64,000 bases of DNA from Diplonema japonicum (taxonomy: Eukaryota; Protista; Euglenozoa: Diplonemea), in assembly GCA_964019335.1 (NCBI GenBank), contig OZ025707.1, forward strand, positions 186,001 through 250,000. The letters are read 5' to 3'. Positions 44,701-59,700 of this stretch are shown here, piece after piece; the first letter of the stretch is position 1; the number at the start of each line of letters is the position of its first letter. A program made the translations under genes and the position numbers. The notes under the pieces were generated by a model. That model saw only the letters and a list, made by a program, of their open reading frames with translations, was not told the DNA's origin and searched no databases.

Positions 44701-47700
44701 GAAGTCCTGTCAGAAGTGCGGGAGCGACACCATCGCTGGCGCCTCGAAAATCGTGTCCTTCAACGCCATTGACAAGAAGGATGCAGGGACCTATGTGTTT
44801 GCTTTCTGGGGCATGAGTGACACCACGGTGCTTGCGCCTGCGTATCTTACAGTTGTGGTTGTTCCTGATAACCCGTCACGCCTTGCGTTCACGTCGTGTG
44901 AGGGCAACTTGCAAGCTGAGGCGCACATCGCAGGGAAGCAATTCAGGCACGCAGTGCAGGTGGAGGACAAGTACGGTAACCCCGTCTCGGGTTGGGTAAA
45001 CCCCATCACCTTGTCGGCTGTGTTTGCAGGTGGATCCCGCGAGCTGCTCTCCTGGAAGGACAGTCCCCCGACCGCCATTGCTTCTCCTTCGGCAACGTTT
45101 CAGGTAAGCATTGATGACGCGCTTCTCAATGACACCTACACCCTCATAGCGAGGTCAAGCGGATCATACACCCCTACTGCACTGCTGGACACTGCCTCAC
45201 TCCAGCAGGCGGCAACAAGCGGCAGCATTGCTAGCAACATTGCTTCACTAAATCTGGACTTGTCCACGGCAAGATGCTCTTCTGTTGCTGTGAGACCCGA
45301 CACTGCCGTGAAGTGCAGGGCTAAGCTTGACGGGACCGGGTCGATGATCAAAGCGGGCTCCGATTTTACTGTTAAAGTGGAGTTCTATGATAAATACGAC
45401 AATGCCATCACGCAACAGTTGTCTCAAGAGGGCAAGACGGCACAAGTTAGCTTGCTCGCACCAGCTAAGGGGATCCTGAACGGCATGACCAAGCGAAAGA
45501 TATCTGGTGCCCAAGTGGTGTTCACAGGGCTCTCATACGAAGTAAGCCCCGACACCATCACGGTGGCTGTGACACTCTCGGGCATAGACGGGGTCAGTTC
45601 ATGTGCGACAGAGGCTCTGAAGGTGATCCCTGATGACCCGAGTTCGTTGAAGGTTACTAGCATTGCAAAGGTATCTAATCCGAGTTCTTGGAAGGCACCG
45701 CGAACAGCGATCGCAGGCCCTACAGGATCCGAGGAAGGTTCACCGCTTGTTGCTGGTGAAAAGTTCTGCGTGAAGGTGTCCGTTGTTGACAGGTTTGGGA
45801 ACGTAGTCGACGAGACGGACCCCGACATCAGGGCAAGGTACGGGAGGGTACCAGCCGGTGCTGGTGAGTTGCCCCCGCGCAACGACAAGTTCATGGGCAA
45901 CGCTGAAGTTCCTGTTCTCGGGTACATCACATCAGCAGTCGACCGCTTCCTCAACCTCATGGGTGGCGGCCCCGCTCCGTCGCTGGGAAACACCGACCGC
46001 GTGTCGGGGAGACGACCTCCCGTGCTGGACGGTGGTTCAAGCCCTTCCACACAACAGCAACAATCAACAGCACCTTTCGCTCGAACGGTGCAGCTGTCCC
46101 GATACGACTGCGCCTACGGTGGCTGTGCATCCGACGATACATTGCAGGGCAAAGTGACACAACAGGGAACGGGCGGCGAGTACACCTTCTGTGATGTGTG
46201 GTACGAGCGTTCCGAGTGCATCACAATCGAAGCGGCTTCTGAAGGGCTGCAATCAGACGTGACGGAGAAGGTCTGTGTTGACCATTCGGTTTGGAGCAAG
46301 TTAAGGTGCGACTCTGATGTCAGAAGAGCGTCTCAGTACCGCCCAATGGGCACCTTCGTCGGTACCTTACTCGACAAGTACGGCAACGAGGCGAAGAACT
46401 GCGGCAGGGATTTTGCTAACGGGTGCACGGTGAGAATCAGGGAGCTGTCCGAAGGCAGTGGCTACACACCTGGCGGCAAGCTTACTGACAGCACTCTGTC
46501 ACCAGGCACTGTTCGCGAGAGCACCAACCCGAAGGGGAACCTTGTTGCCGTTTCGTCGCAGAATTCTGGAATCGTGAGTTTCGAGAACGTATACTACACA
46601 CGAGAGCGGCCTCAAGCTGACCCCTTGAGGCTTGAGCTGGTAGGTCCCGGCTCCATCAGGGCAACATGCAGCAATTCAGAGGCGTATCCGATTGTGGTAG
46701 TGGCGTCACAAGTGGCATGCGTAGACTCCCCTTCAGAGGTCACAGCGGGTGACACCTTTGATGTGACAGGAGAGTTCCGTATCTACGATAGCATGACAGG
46801 CATTTACGAGGAGGTGGTTTGCCCTGGAGATGCAAAATGTGACACCGAGGTGTTCCTCGCAGCAAGCGGCGGCAGCAGCGGGAAGGAACTGGAAAGATTC
46901 TTCTTGAGTGAAGGCGCCAGGGGGGATGCGGGTGTAGTCCCCGACTGCGGCAGCAACGCGAACGAAGCGTCTTGCACGGGGGCCAGCCCGTTGTGCAGTT
47001 GGACGCTCCGCGAGGGGGAGCCGTTTGCGACTGGTGTCACGGAGCAGTGTCACACAAACAACTTCACGGGGGTCGCTGCTATTGGTAGTCTTGTTAAGTT
47101 CATGAACCTGAAGTTCCACAAGGCGGGCATCATTAATCCCGTGATAACCCCCACTCTGGGCTTCGCAGGCGTGGCGGAAATGGCGGACAGCGAGGTGGTC
47201 CCGCCTGGCGAATGTTCGCCCTTGAAAGTCGTTGCTGCGAAGCCGTACGAGCTGTGCATGGGGCCCGACGTTGAAAGGGCACCAGACGCTGCGTCATTGA
47301 ACGTCCTCACCGACATGCAGTTCCCCGACGCTGACACATACGCCAATCTTCCCAATTTGATCAACACCGTGCAATGCGCACAGGCTTGCAATGCACGTGT
47401 CCAATGCTACCGATGGACCTTCACATCTGCAACAGGATTGTGCGAGTTCAAATCTCGCGGTGGGTCTGCTGAACCGCAGACAGGTGCTGTCAGCGGCTGC
47501 AGCGGTAATTACGAAGACGCAATTTGTGACGATGCAAAGCCTACAGGCAGGTGCGAGAAATGCACGGCAGAAGTTGCAGGCACTTGCGGTACCTGTCCTG
47601 CCAAGACTGTTCTTGCAGGCCAACCCCTTAACTTCGTGGCTCGTGCACATGACATTTGGGGCAACATAGCCGACGACAAGAACACCAATAACGTTGCCGT

Positions 47701-50700
47701 AACGTGCAAGGTCACAAAGGGACCGTCGGGAAATGCTAAGCACCAGCCCAGGTTGTACCCGTGGGCAGCGATGCGTATGACGAGCGAGTCTTTCAGCGGC
47801 CTTGTGGGTGTTGCGTCCATGGCGACACCCACCTTAAAGGTAGCAGGGAAGTACACTGTTTCTTGCTGGGCTGATGTCCGCACAAAGGACGGTGCCTTCC
47901 AGTCGGGTCTTCCAACAGCCACCGACCCCGATACGGCAGGTGGTGTGGTCTGGACACCGGTGCTGAAAACAGACTCGCACGAGATCTCCGCAGATCAGTT
48001 CCTCAAAATGCTAGACGCCTCGCCCAATCGGGTGATCAAGCGTACTTGCCCAGCATGCCCCAACGTCAGCCACCGTGAGATATACGTCAGGATCCTCACC
48101 AGAACCACCGTCGCCCTGTTCGAGCGCCTCAAGTCGTCTTGGACGGCTGCAGGCAACGTGGAGGGCATCGACTACACATTACACTCTACTTACAAAGACG
48201 CCATTCAGGGCACCAACCCGTGGAGGTACTGCAGTGCAGATGAGACTGAGACGTGCAACGCCAAGTCAGGAAGCAGCAGTACCTGCAACGGCGACAAGTG
48301 GTGCCTCTTCGACTCCACCCGTGCCTCTGGTACCGAGTGCTACGCCAAAGATGTGGGGTTCCCTGGATGGTGCGCACCAACATCCGCGACCACAGCAGGG
48401 AACTGGAACACCTGGGATCCAGAGTTCAGCTTCTTCACAAAAGCAACATCTGTGGAATTCTTCGTAGAGACAGCACCCGGGTGCTCAGAGAGGGACGGCC
48501 AGCCTGTGGGCACCACGCGTGAACTACTTGGCAGGACGGAGTCATTGACGGCATGCGTGGCCATCGTGAAGGAGAGGTACCATGGCTTGGACAGCTTGCT
48601 TGAGGCAGACGGAGCTTCGTGGTTCGAGGGGAAGTGCTATGCAGAGTTCTCGAATACGGAAGAGGCCGAGGACCGCAAGGCCGAGTGGATGTTCAACAAC
48701 GCTGAGCCAAACTGGCGGTCTTGCCAGTACCCTCAGGTCAACTTGTATGTGAAGTCGCTGCGTGGCTGTATCTGTGACGGCGTGCGCTGCCCTTGCTCTG
48801 CACCCCCGACAAGCGACCCGAAACTTCGCAAGGACTGCAACATTGAAGTATTGCCCGCTGCACCCGCTAGCCTCGCATGTCTCTCCCGCGCGCCTGATCT
48901 TTTTGTTGGAAGTGGTCTTGACATTAAGGTCTCAATCCAGGATGAGTACGCCAACAGGAAGACAGGTATTTTCGGTCCAGCGGTGCGCATGTACACGGAG
49001 GGCGGGACTGCTGTAAACGGCGGCCTTGTGCCCAGTGTTCCCGCAGCATCTCTTGAGGCTGGTGTCGCTGATTTGCAGTTTATGTACAACACAGCAGAGG
49101 ACGTGACCTTGGAGGTAGAGACAGACGTGGTTGGGATGGAAGGGAAACGTTTCAAGTGTCCCGCAGCTGTGAATGACGGGGACACGGCCACATGCTGCTC
49201 GAATAAGAAAAACTGTCCAGGGGCAAGCAAGCTTGCTGTATGCCCGGGTGACTTGAGCGGCCTTGTGTTCCTTGATGGTCCTGAGCACGACGTGCCGTGT
49301 GACAAGCCGTCTGTGACAGCAAACCGCAAGTTCCCCACCATCCGTGTCGGGGTGTTCGACAGCCGCGGGAATTTAAAAAGCTTCACTGGATTGAACGTCA
49401 CATTGTCGGTGGCTAGCGATGGGCCCGACGGTGCGGTCCCCATGGGTGTCCTCGGCGGTACACTGTCACAGCTCACAGCGGACGGCGTGGCAACTTTCGA
49501 CGATGTCTCATACAGCAAGGCCGAGAGGATCATCCTGCGTGCTGGTGCTATGGAAGTTAGCGCTGTATCTGGGAAATCCATCAGGACTATCTACCGATCG
49601 AACCGTGTCGCACGCGTGTGCCCTGGTGACATCTGTCGTTTGACGGTGAAGCAATCTCCAAGCACATGCTCGTTCGACGAAGAGAACCCCGACGCTGTTG
49701 TCATCGGTGTCGAAGACAGCACGGGGAACCCTCTCGTGTCTCACCAAGCAGATGACTGCAAGGTCGTGCTCTCCGTTGCAACCTCCGACACCATCACGAA
49801 CGCCTCTTGGCTTGACGACCGCAGCCTTGCACCCAGTGACGCCCCTATGGAGTGGCACAGGCTCAGTGATGCCACACCAGTGGCCACCACAGAAGCCGAC
49901 TTCAGAGGAGAGTACCTCGAGAGGTCACTTTACATGCACACGGTGACCAGAGAGGCTGACGAATCCAGTTCCGGGACGAGCGAAAGCTTCGTAGTCTACG
50001 GTGGGGCCACCGTGTTGCCCGGCCTGGGTAGTTCGGTGTACAGCGAGGTACTTGCAGCCCGCTCCACGTACCTGCCTTCAGGTGCGCCTACCCTGAGGAA
50101 CAATGTGTGGAGGTACAACATGAGAACTAACGTGTGGTCCAAATTGTGGTCGCCGCCCGCTGGCGGGACATTCCCTGCTGCGAGGTACGGTCACATGGCT
50201 GTTGTGGTGGAAGCGAAGGTAGGGACGAAGGAGGCATATCTGTTTGTTTTCGGTGGGAGGACCGGATCGGCAGAATGCTGCGACAACAAGTTGTGGAGGT
50301 TTGGCCCTCTTTACGACGAGAACGGTCCCGCCCTCGGGTCGTCGATGAGCTGGACGGAGCTTGAGATGTCAGACAACTCGGTGTCCGTGCAGTTAGCCCA
50401 CTCTACTGCGGTTTCTTTCGGCCAGAGGATGTATGTGTTCAGCGGCATTGGCGGCGACAGCACCGTCGATATGGTGAACGCTCCTGTGGACGGCAGCGTT
50501 GGAAGCAAGCAGCTCTTCGTCGTCGATCTTCGGGACGCTCTCACTACAACAGTCACGGCAAAGCTCTCATGGAAGAAAGTGAAGCTGGCAACCGGCACAC
50601 CCTTGCCGCGCGGCAGAGTGCAGGCCTCGTCTGTCCTCTCCGGCTCCAAGTGGTTCGTTGTGGGCGGCGCCTTGTGGCCAAGCGCGGCGTCGATCCCGAC

Positions 50701-53700
50701 ACCGAGCAACGAGATCTGGTCACTCGATCTGCGCGAACTGGAAACAGCAGAGTCTGCAATGTGGAAACTTGAAAGTGCTTCAGGCCCAGACCTCGCAGGT
50801 AGCTCCGTTGCGCTTGACAGTGTGCATAACTACCTGCTTGTTCTTGGCGGGTCTCCTTCGATCACAGGGCAGTTCGGAAACAATGTTGCGACAAGGGCCT
50901 CGAACACCATCCGTAGGTACTCCATCGAGAGGCGGCAGTGGCTTATTGAGGCCGCAGAGGATGTGGCGGTTGGCACTGCAGGCTGTACTACCCGCCTGGA
51001 GCTTGAATGGTCAGGGGGCTCTGCGACCGGCGCTGTGGGCACTGATCCAGAATTCTTAACGCGCTGCAGTACTAAAACTCAGTCCGACTGTGAGGCAGGA
51101 ATGGGCGTCTGCAGCACTTTGACAACCCGTGCGGCTTGTTTGGGTGACAGTACCGACTCTGCCAGTGACGGGTGGAGGTGCGGGTGGGACAGTGTGTCTA
51201 ACACGTGCAAGGAGGGCTGTCTGTGGAGAGATGGCAGCAGCAACAACGGCGTGAGCCCTGGTAGGAGAACCTATGCTGCCTCCGCAAACGGGCAGGTGTA
51301 CAAGGACCCTACTAGCAGCCAGACAAGAGTCTTCTTCTTCGGTGGTGCCACAACACCGTCGCCGGAGTCGGCGTACCTCTGCAGCGGCTACACAGTTCCC
51401 AACACCATCTTCGGGACGGATGTCACGATTGCGTGTTCTGGTGACCCCGACGTTTGGTGGGTGGGTCCTGTCACTTCCGACAGCGCAGAAGCACAGAGGA
51501 AGCATGCTTGGGATATGTCTGAGAGGTGCGTCGATCCTGACAGTAGCGCGACCTTCTCCAACTGTGCCACACTGTGGCGCAGCAAAACTGATTGCCTGGC
51601 CGCTACGTCAAACGTCTCCTCGACAGGCGCCTCTTGCTTGTGGCAGGCTGTCGACGAGCAGTGCAGCCAAACCGACAACAGCGGCTGCATCACAATCACG
51701 GGAAGCACCGCTGCTGTCACCAACTCGGAAGCCACATTCCACCATGTTGTGATTGGTTCCTTGCGCAACCTGCCACCAGAGCTCTATTACTGTCAAGCTA
51801 AAGCCGCAACTGACCAGGCCACTTGTGACGCACACACAGATATAACTTCCTGCAACGGTAACTCTCTGTGCTTATGGCAACGCCAACGTCCGACTAAACA
51901 AATGACATTGCAGCTCAAGGCAAGCATAACCTGTGCTACCGCACGTCCCAGCACTTCGTGCCCCACCATTGAGCCAATCGACATCCCCGTTATGTCGTGC
52001 TCGCGTTGCAAGCTGGCTGTGCTTCCAGGCAGTTCTCCTCGAAGTGGCGCACGCTCTACATTGGCGGGGAAGCAGCTTGTGGGTGGTACAAGCGAAACGG
52101 GGTCGCCGTTCCAGGCACACAAGTTCGGGGACATTACTGTGGGTGTTGTGGGGCCCAACGGAGCGGTGTTGGCAACCAACATTGCTGAAGAGGTGGCAAC
52201 AGGTGCAATCCAGTTGAAGGTAGCACGGACGACCCCAGGCGCTTCTGTCGACTCTGTGACACCGCTGAAAGATGTGACTGCAGGTGCTGCGACGTACGAA
52301 GGGAGTTCCATCCCAGGGGCCGTGTTCTCAAGTGTGGAATGGACTGCTGGCAACGCACCTGCAACGATGTGGGTACGCGCTGAGCACGTCAACGGTGTGT
52401 GCCAGGACAGCGAGCTGTGGCCTGTGAACGTCGTCCCCGACGAGGCTTGCGACTGGCTCATCACGCAGCAACAGACAGTGAGGGCAGGCGACCCGTTCTC
52501 AGTTGAAGTGCTTCTCAAAGATGAGCTTGGGAACATCGCGTACTGCGGTGTTCAGGAAGATGCATGGAGAACAGGGAACAAGGTGATCAAGTCCGCACTC
52601 CTGTCCAGCTGGGTGGAGTGCAAGAACCTGTGCGACGGGACCTCCAAGTGCATGATGTGGAACTACGCAACGAGCGAGGTAACACACAATGACGAGGTTG
52701 TCCTTGCCAGGACGTGCCTACTGTACGACGAGGCAGGAAAGATAGCACAAAACGGAATGGTGAAGATACAAGGAGGCATAAGCGGGATGTCCGGCGTGGT
52801 GCCGTGCCCGGAGGGCGCGTACCTGAAAATGGAGGCCGTGTCGATGCCCGCAGACAAGATGCCTGTGAAACCGCTCGGCACTCTCTTCTCAGAGAAACAT
52901 GGGTTTGGAGCCTCAATATGCTACCTGTCAGAGACTCTCGACATGCTTGAGCACACAAACCGTCAAGCATGCCTGTCGTGCTGCAAAGAAAGCAGCTCTG
53001 CATTCGTGGTTGAACACTGGGACCCGCTCAGCGAGGAGTACCGCTGTGGGTGTTCCGCGATCAGCAACCACAAGGAGTGGGTCAGCTCAAGCAAGTGCAA
53101 CGGTGTTGCTGCAAACAGGCTTGGGTACTACGTTACGGTCACTGAGCTTGTGAACGAGTTCCGACGGGAGATCACAGGACACGCTCTGACATTCGACTCG
53201 CTGTGGCACAACAAGGCAGAAAAGCTCGTGTTGATGTTCGAGCACTCCATCCGAACGGATTGCCCCGTCAGGTACTCGAAGGAAATCACGGTGACACCGA
53301 GTGCTCCACACCACCTCAATGTCTTGGAGGTGCCAAAGGAGGCCTACGCCAGCCTCTGCGGACCAGACGAGGGGTTTGATGCAGTATTCGAGATCGTGGA
53401 CTTCTGGAACAACCGGGTCGACGCCACTCACAGGGTGATGCTGCAGCTGCATGAAGGAAGGGGCCGTATCGACAACACCGCTGTGGCTGCGGAAGCCGGT
53501 GTCGTGAGGTTCCGTGTTGCATATGATGTCGCTGAGAGGATACAGCTCCTTGCCATCGACCTTGACATCGCCGGGGACTGGACCCCCGACGAGCACCCTG
53601 CCTCCGCACAACAGTGCACCGCACCTTGCTACAATAACAACTGCAAGAACCCCACACCTGCTCAATGTTGCAAGCTGACTCGCCCTATTGACATCTGGAG

Positions 53701-56700
53701 CGGTCCGGCGGCTAAGCTCGTCACCATCGAGCAACCGCCGTCCACCCCGAGGAGCTTCGCCTCAGGTAGATGCTCGCCGTTCTCGTACACCGTAGAGCTG
53801 CAAGACAAGTGCGGCAACCCGATCACCGAGGCGTGGAGCAAACAGTACTACAACGCATACAAAGATGTTCCCTTGATGATTGAAGTGAGCAGTCGTAATG
53901 CCAACTTATACAAAAACGGTGATATGCCTGGTAACTACCACGGGGTGGTGAGCGACCTCATGCTGCGCAACGGGAAGGCTGTCATAGAGGCAACGTACTC
54001 GAAGGCAGACTGCGGTGTTGGGTTCGCGGTGAAGGTGGCGACGCCCGGTGGAGGCGTCATTGAAGCGGCAACACCCAACGAATTGTGCGTGATGCACTGT
54101 GAGCCCGATCATTTGAAGATAGTCGAACCCGCCTCGTGTCATGATGTTACGATCCCCACATTGCCCACCATAGGTGCGTCCAGCAAGCTCACGCCTGTTA
54201 AGGTAGCTGTACTAGACGCGGACGGGAACGTCTGCGACACAGCCAACCCACTGCACAGCAGGCGATTGGGTTGCTTCAAAGACGAAGCCGGCACTGCAAT
54301 GCCCCACAAAATCCCAATCGACACGGCAAGCCTATCCATCGACAGCTGCATGGCGGCGTGCTACGAGGCAGGGTTCAACCGCTTCGGCTTACAGCAAGGC
54401 AGCATGTGCTTCTGCGGCGATGGTGACGGATACTCCAAGTACGGCAGGAATGAAGAGATCGAGTGCACTACAGGCTGTGCCGAAGGAACAGACCCCAACT
54501 GCGGTGGGTCCGACTCGAACGCTGTCTTTGAGATTATCTCAACCTACGCGGCAGTGCAGCTCACTACCAGGAACTACACGTTGTACGATGCCAATGCACT
54601 TGACCCTCGGTTGTCCATCAAGGCCGTTGCAGGGAATGGTGGTCAACTGGTGGGTGGCGTGACCATGCCTGCATTAGAAGGCTACGCTGTGCTGCAAGCC
54701 GTGTGGCTGCCAGACAGAGACATCCGCGATATATGCCGAGCAACCCCTACCACCACCGGCTGTATCGGGCAGGTCACCATACAAGCCATCGACACTACTA
54801 TGTCCGTGAAACCCGACTTCTGCAACATGCAAGTCAAGCGTGACCAGGTCATGTGCAGCAGTGAGGCCATCAAGACACGAGCCAATGAGAGGTTCGATAT
54901 CTGGTCATGGGTCAACGCTCTGTCGGGTGCGCTCCCTTCGACTGTCTCGTCGGTCAAAATCACCGTCTTTGACGAATACGGGGACCTCCGCCTCGACCCC
55001 TCGTCGGACATCACACAGAGCGGCACCCAATACAGCCTCACGTTCGCCACTGCAGATGTCCCGAACACCAAGGCAAATGCCGTGTACTTCAAAAACCTTT
55101 ACTACACCAGTAAGATTGATGGAACAGGGTCTGCACGCCGCAGGATCACGATTCAGTCCGACTATGCACAGGAGTGTACGATCGAAGTAGAGGTGCTTCC
55201 TGCACGTGCTACGGAGTGTGTTGTAAGCCCACCCAAGGGTTCGTGCCTCCTAGCTGGTGAGCTTTTCAACGTTGGTGTGGAGATGAAGGACAGTTTGGGC
55301 AATCGTGTTGCCACAGAAGGTGCTCGCTGTTTGACACGGCACTCTGGCCTCGTGTGCCCGAACAGCAAGAAGCTTGCCAATGCTGTGCCGCAGAGCCTTG
55401 CTGAAATTCGTGCGCTGCAGGGTCTCTTCAACCCCAACCGCCCTGCCGAGCAGATCAACCTTAACATCGGCACGAGGCGCAGAAACGGTGCACTTGAGCT
55501 GTTCGCAGAAGATACACTGCAATACATCAGCGACCTCCATGTGATGGGGCAGATCCCGTGGCACACGGTTCCCACCGACTTGAACGCGCTTGCAGACGAG
55601 GTCTCGAAGGGCACTAAATGTATTGCGCTGGACAAAGCTGTCACATATGCGAACGACCCGTCTACCGCGGCCACCTACAGTTTCACTTGGAAGGTGGTGG
55701 AATGCGGTGAGCTGTGGGAGACCGTGTGTGTTGACACTGTCAAGGGGGCCAGCTGTCCCACAGGTGTAGTATCGCCTATGTCAACTGCTTCCATCTCACT
55801 GGTAGGCGCTCAGCAAGGTGCAGGCGGCAAGGATGTTCTCGAAGTTCGCCCTGCCACCACCATGGGCGGCATGGCAGAGTTCGTCGGCCTGCGATACACA
55901 CGCGCGGCAGTGGAAAGGGTCTTCTCTGTGAGTGCAACAGACCAGTTGGGCTTGCCCATGAACGGCTGCAGTGACAAGCGCTTCTCTCTATCATTCGCCC
56001 CGAACGTCCCCAAGACCCTTGACTCGGAAATTTGGGCGGACGAAGAGGTGTCCGAGGGTGTTGTCTGTCTCAGCTGTGCACCGCACGATCAGTTCAACAT
56101 CTTGGTCAGTGCATTGGACGAGTACGGCAACCACGTGAGTTGGGAGTGCTCTGGCAACCGTCAGACCCATGCCTCCGAAACGGTGGGCCTTATCAACATC
56201 CAAGTGGTGCAGGGGACGGGTAAGCTGATCAAATCAACGGGCACAGGAAGACCTGAAGCAGCGTGGCCCGGTAAGAAGCTCGACAAGGGGAGCGTCGTCT
56301 TCAAAGGACTACGATACGACAGGGCGGACATGCCTGTCTTCCACGTGAACCCTAGGCAGTGGTCGTCCTCACTGGGTGATGCCCCTGCAGGGCCTACAGA
56401 AACACTTCGTTTCCATGCGTGTTTCCCGTGGTCGCTGGAGATCACTAGCCTCCCCGAAGAGGCTGTGGCTGGCAAGCCTTTCCGCGTGGATGTCGCCATC
56501 AAGGACAAGTACGGGAACATGCTCACCCTCGACCCATACAAACTGGTTTCTAGCCGCTCACCTCCTGTTGAGTTCCAGTTCTTGCTCCCCCAGCACAACG
56601 AAGCACCGCACAGCGTACTGCAAATCGACAGCAATGACATCCCTGGGAGGCTCTCCTTTGTGGTGACACAGACACGCATTTTGTGGCAGGTGCAGAAGAT

Positions 56701-59700
56701 GTTCCTTGATGACATCGGCGAAACAGTGCAGGTCCTGGTGCGTGTGGACCCGAAGATTATCGCTGTGCACAAGTTGCAGAACAGCGTTGTCCAAGCAAGT
56801 GGACTGTCATGCAGGGTGTCCCCACCTGGCTTCCTGCAGGACATCAGGGAAGTTGGGCTGTACCACAATGAGCCCGTGAAGCTGGCGTCCTCGGAGCACG
56901 ATCTCGCTGTCTTGTTTGATGAACCTTTTGCCTTTGGAGTCAGCGCAAAGCAGCAGGACAGGTACGGCAACGTAGCATGGGACGCCGGTGAGCGCTACGG
57001 CGTGGTTGGGTGCAAGCTGGAGCGCAACTACGTAAAGAGCGGTGCCATCGAGGACACCCTCTACGGTGCCCCTACAACCGACCAAGCCGCTCGGGTAGAA
57101 CTGCGCGTCAGCGGCACCATCAGCACCTTTAATTCTGCTGCTTATGCCGCAGACTTTGCAACGATCGCCGGTGTGGACCCTAGTACCGTCACAATCATCA
57201 GCATCACTGAGGTCACAGGTGACCCGTCCGTTGCTTCTGCAAGCCAGGGCAGGAATCTGCTGCAGGTGGTGACGTACCTCGTCGTCGTCATCGAATTGAA
57301 AGTGCCGGATGCCACGAAGGTCTTGAGTGAGTACGTCACATTCGTGGCGGACGTCGTCAGCAGATGTGACCCGGTTACAGGAACGCCAGAGCAATGTTGT
57401 GTGCGTGGTGCGCAGAATAAGTTAACCTGCTTAGGTGGTTCGCAGTGCACCAGTAACTGTGTGCTGGCTGTACCTGTACAGAAAATCGTTCCCGGCACAC
57501 CACCAGTCTCTATTCCGCAAGCAACACCGGTGGCAACGCCTGTGGCTACACCTAAAGACCCGAAAGTTACACCAGTTGCCACACCGGAAGCAACACCCGT
57601 TGCCACCCCTGTGGTCACACCTGTGACAACGCCTGTGGCTACACCGCAAACGACACCAGTTGTTACACCCGTTGCTACACCTGTGGTCACACCTGTGACA
57701 ACTCCTGTGGCTACACCGCAAGCGACACCAGTTATTACACCTGTGGCCACGCCGCAAGCAACACCTGTTGTTACACCTGTTGATACACCTGCTGTGGTGC
57801 CTGACGGCAACGCCCCTGAAGCATCGCCATTTCTGAATGACACGTCACCCGACTCAGCACCAGACGACTCGCCTCTCATGAATGACACGACGCCGTCCGA
57901 CGTGCCCGATGACAACTCCACAACACCGAACGCCTCCGAATCAATGGCAGGGGGGAGGAACTTGCTGCAGTTCCAATCGCCAGCTGATGCTTACTTCGCG
58001 CAGCATGAGCTCGAACGGGGCCTTACCAACGCGTTGCTCACGCCGCATCCTGTCTCTGGTGAGTACCCTAAGAAGGAGTTCTACGTCCCGCAGCTGCTGA
58101 TGGGGATGAAGACAGACTTGACCACCGCCCTTGGGTCCTCGTCATACTTCAAGGGACAGTTGTGGTTCAGACAGTCATTCACAAGGATGATGCAGGGGAC
58201 TTTCACGCTGATGACGACATGCGAGAGGTTGTCACCCGGGCAGCTGCGCATCGACGACCCGCAGGCACCCGCGAGCTACAGAGTGGAGACGGGCAAGGTG
58301 GATGTTGTGCCTAACATGATCTCGATTGTGAAGGCACCCGGCGCAGATCAATGCCGTAGAGCAGGCGATGCATTCTCCTTTACAGCTAGGCTGCTGCTTG
58401 CATCAGGGGAGACCCCCTCTGTAGCACCTGCAAACGTAAATCTAGTAGTGTCCATTGGTGGCGAATCAAAGAAAACAGGCCCGTTCAGCTGCAACGACAT
58501 TGTTCGGGACGCCAGAGGGGAGTACGAGACAGTGTGCACCATGAACACGAACAGTGCACCTCTCAATCAACGGATCCCTGGGTTGGCATCTTCTTACGCC
58601 CCGGAAGGGGGAGGGACTGGTCTGGACAGGAACGACAGGTGGACCTCAACGGACCCGATCACGGAGGTTATAATGCAGGAGGACGCGGACTCGGAGTCCA
58701 GGACGTACTCGTCGGCGATGCTCGGCACTGCAATCACTTTCATCCCTGCATGTGCTAGCAAGATGACTATCTTCGATGAGCCGCCACACGAGGTTGTCGT
58801 GCACAAACCTTTCACAGTCGGTCTTCAGCTTGAGGACACCTACGGAAACGTGGGTGGGTCTTACGTTGTTCGCATGGTGGCATACTCAGCAGACCCAACA
58901 GCTGGTGGTCAGTGGCCCAATGCCGTCAACCCTGCAGCAACTGCTGTGGATATTCAGTCTTCGCTGCTTGATGGCGGCTCTGCGTACAACGACGCACCGA
59001 CCGTCCTTGGAAAGCTGCAGTACCACGACCTGTTCCTTGAGTCTTCGTTCTTGAAGAAATTAGGCAGCAGCTCTCAAGGCTATGTGTGGCTTGTTGCGTA
59101 CGTTCTTCCGTCGTCGGGGACAGGCTGCGACGGTGATTGCGACCCTTATGCCCAGACAGGCCATGCTTGCTCTGCTGCAGGCAACACCCGAACAGCATCC
59201 TTTGGCTGTCTGTACCATGTCTTCGCACCAGTGCTTGTGACGCCCGATGTGCCGGCGAGATGCGAATTTTTGCAGTACCCCAGCTACTTCACAAGCGGCA
59301 TGACCGCGGGACACGAGTATGGGGAAACTTTCAAAGCGAGGGTTCTTGACAAATACGGGCTCCCCATTCACGAGTTAAGCCCCTCGATGTCGGGCGACTT
59401 GCTGCTCCTCCAAGGCACCTCGTCCCTGCACAAGGGGTACGAGTTTGAAAGCTACGACAGCGCTGCGATACTCACTTCGTTTTACGCGGAGAGCTCGCTG
59501 AGGCTCACACACACCACTGCGGTGGACACCAGTGGGGGTGATGTCTTGTTGCGTGTGTGGGTCCGCTTCCCAACCATCTCAAGAGGCATCGCGCAGAGCA
59601 TCCTCAGCATCAGGAACCCCACGACAAGCCTGGCCGCAACTGTTGACTGGGAGCCCATTGCATCCCCCAACCCGGGGAGGGAGAAACTCCAACAGGTGAT

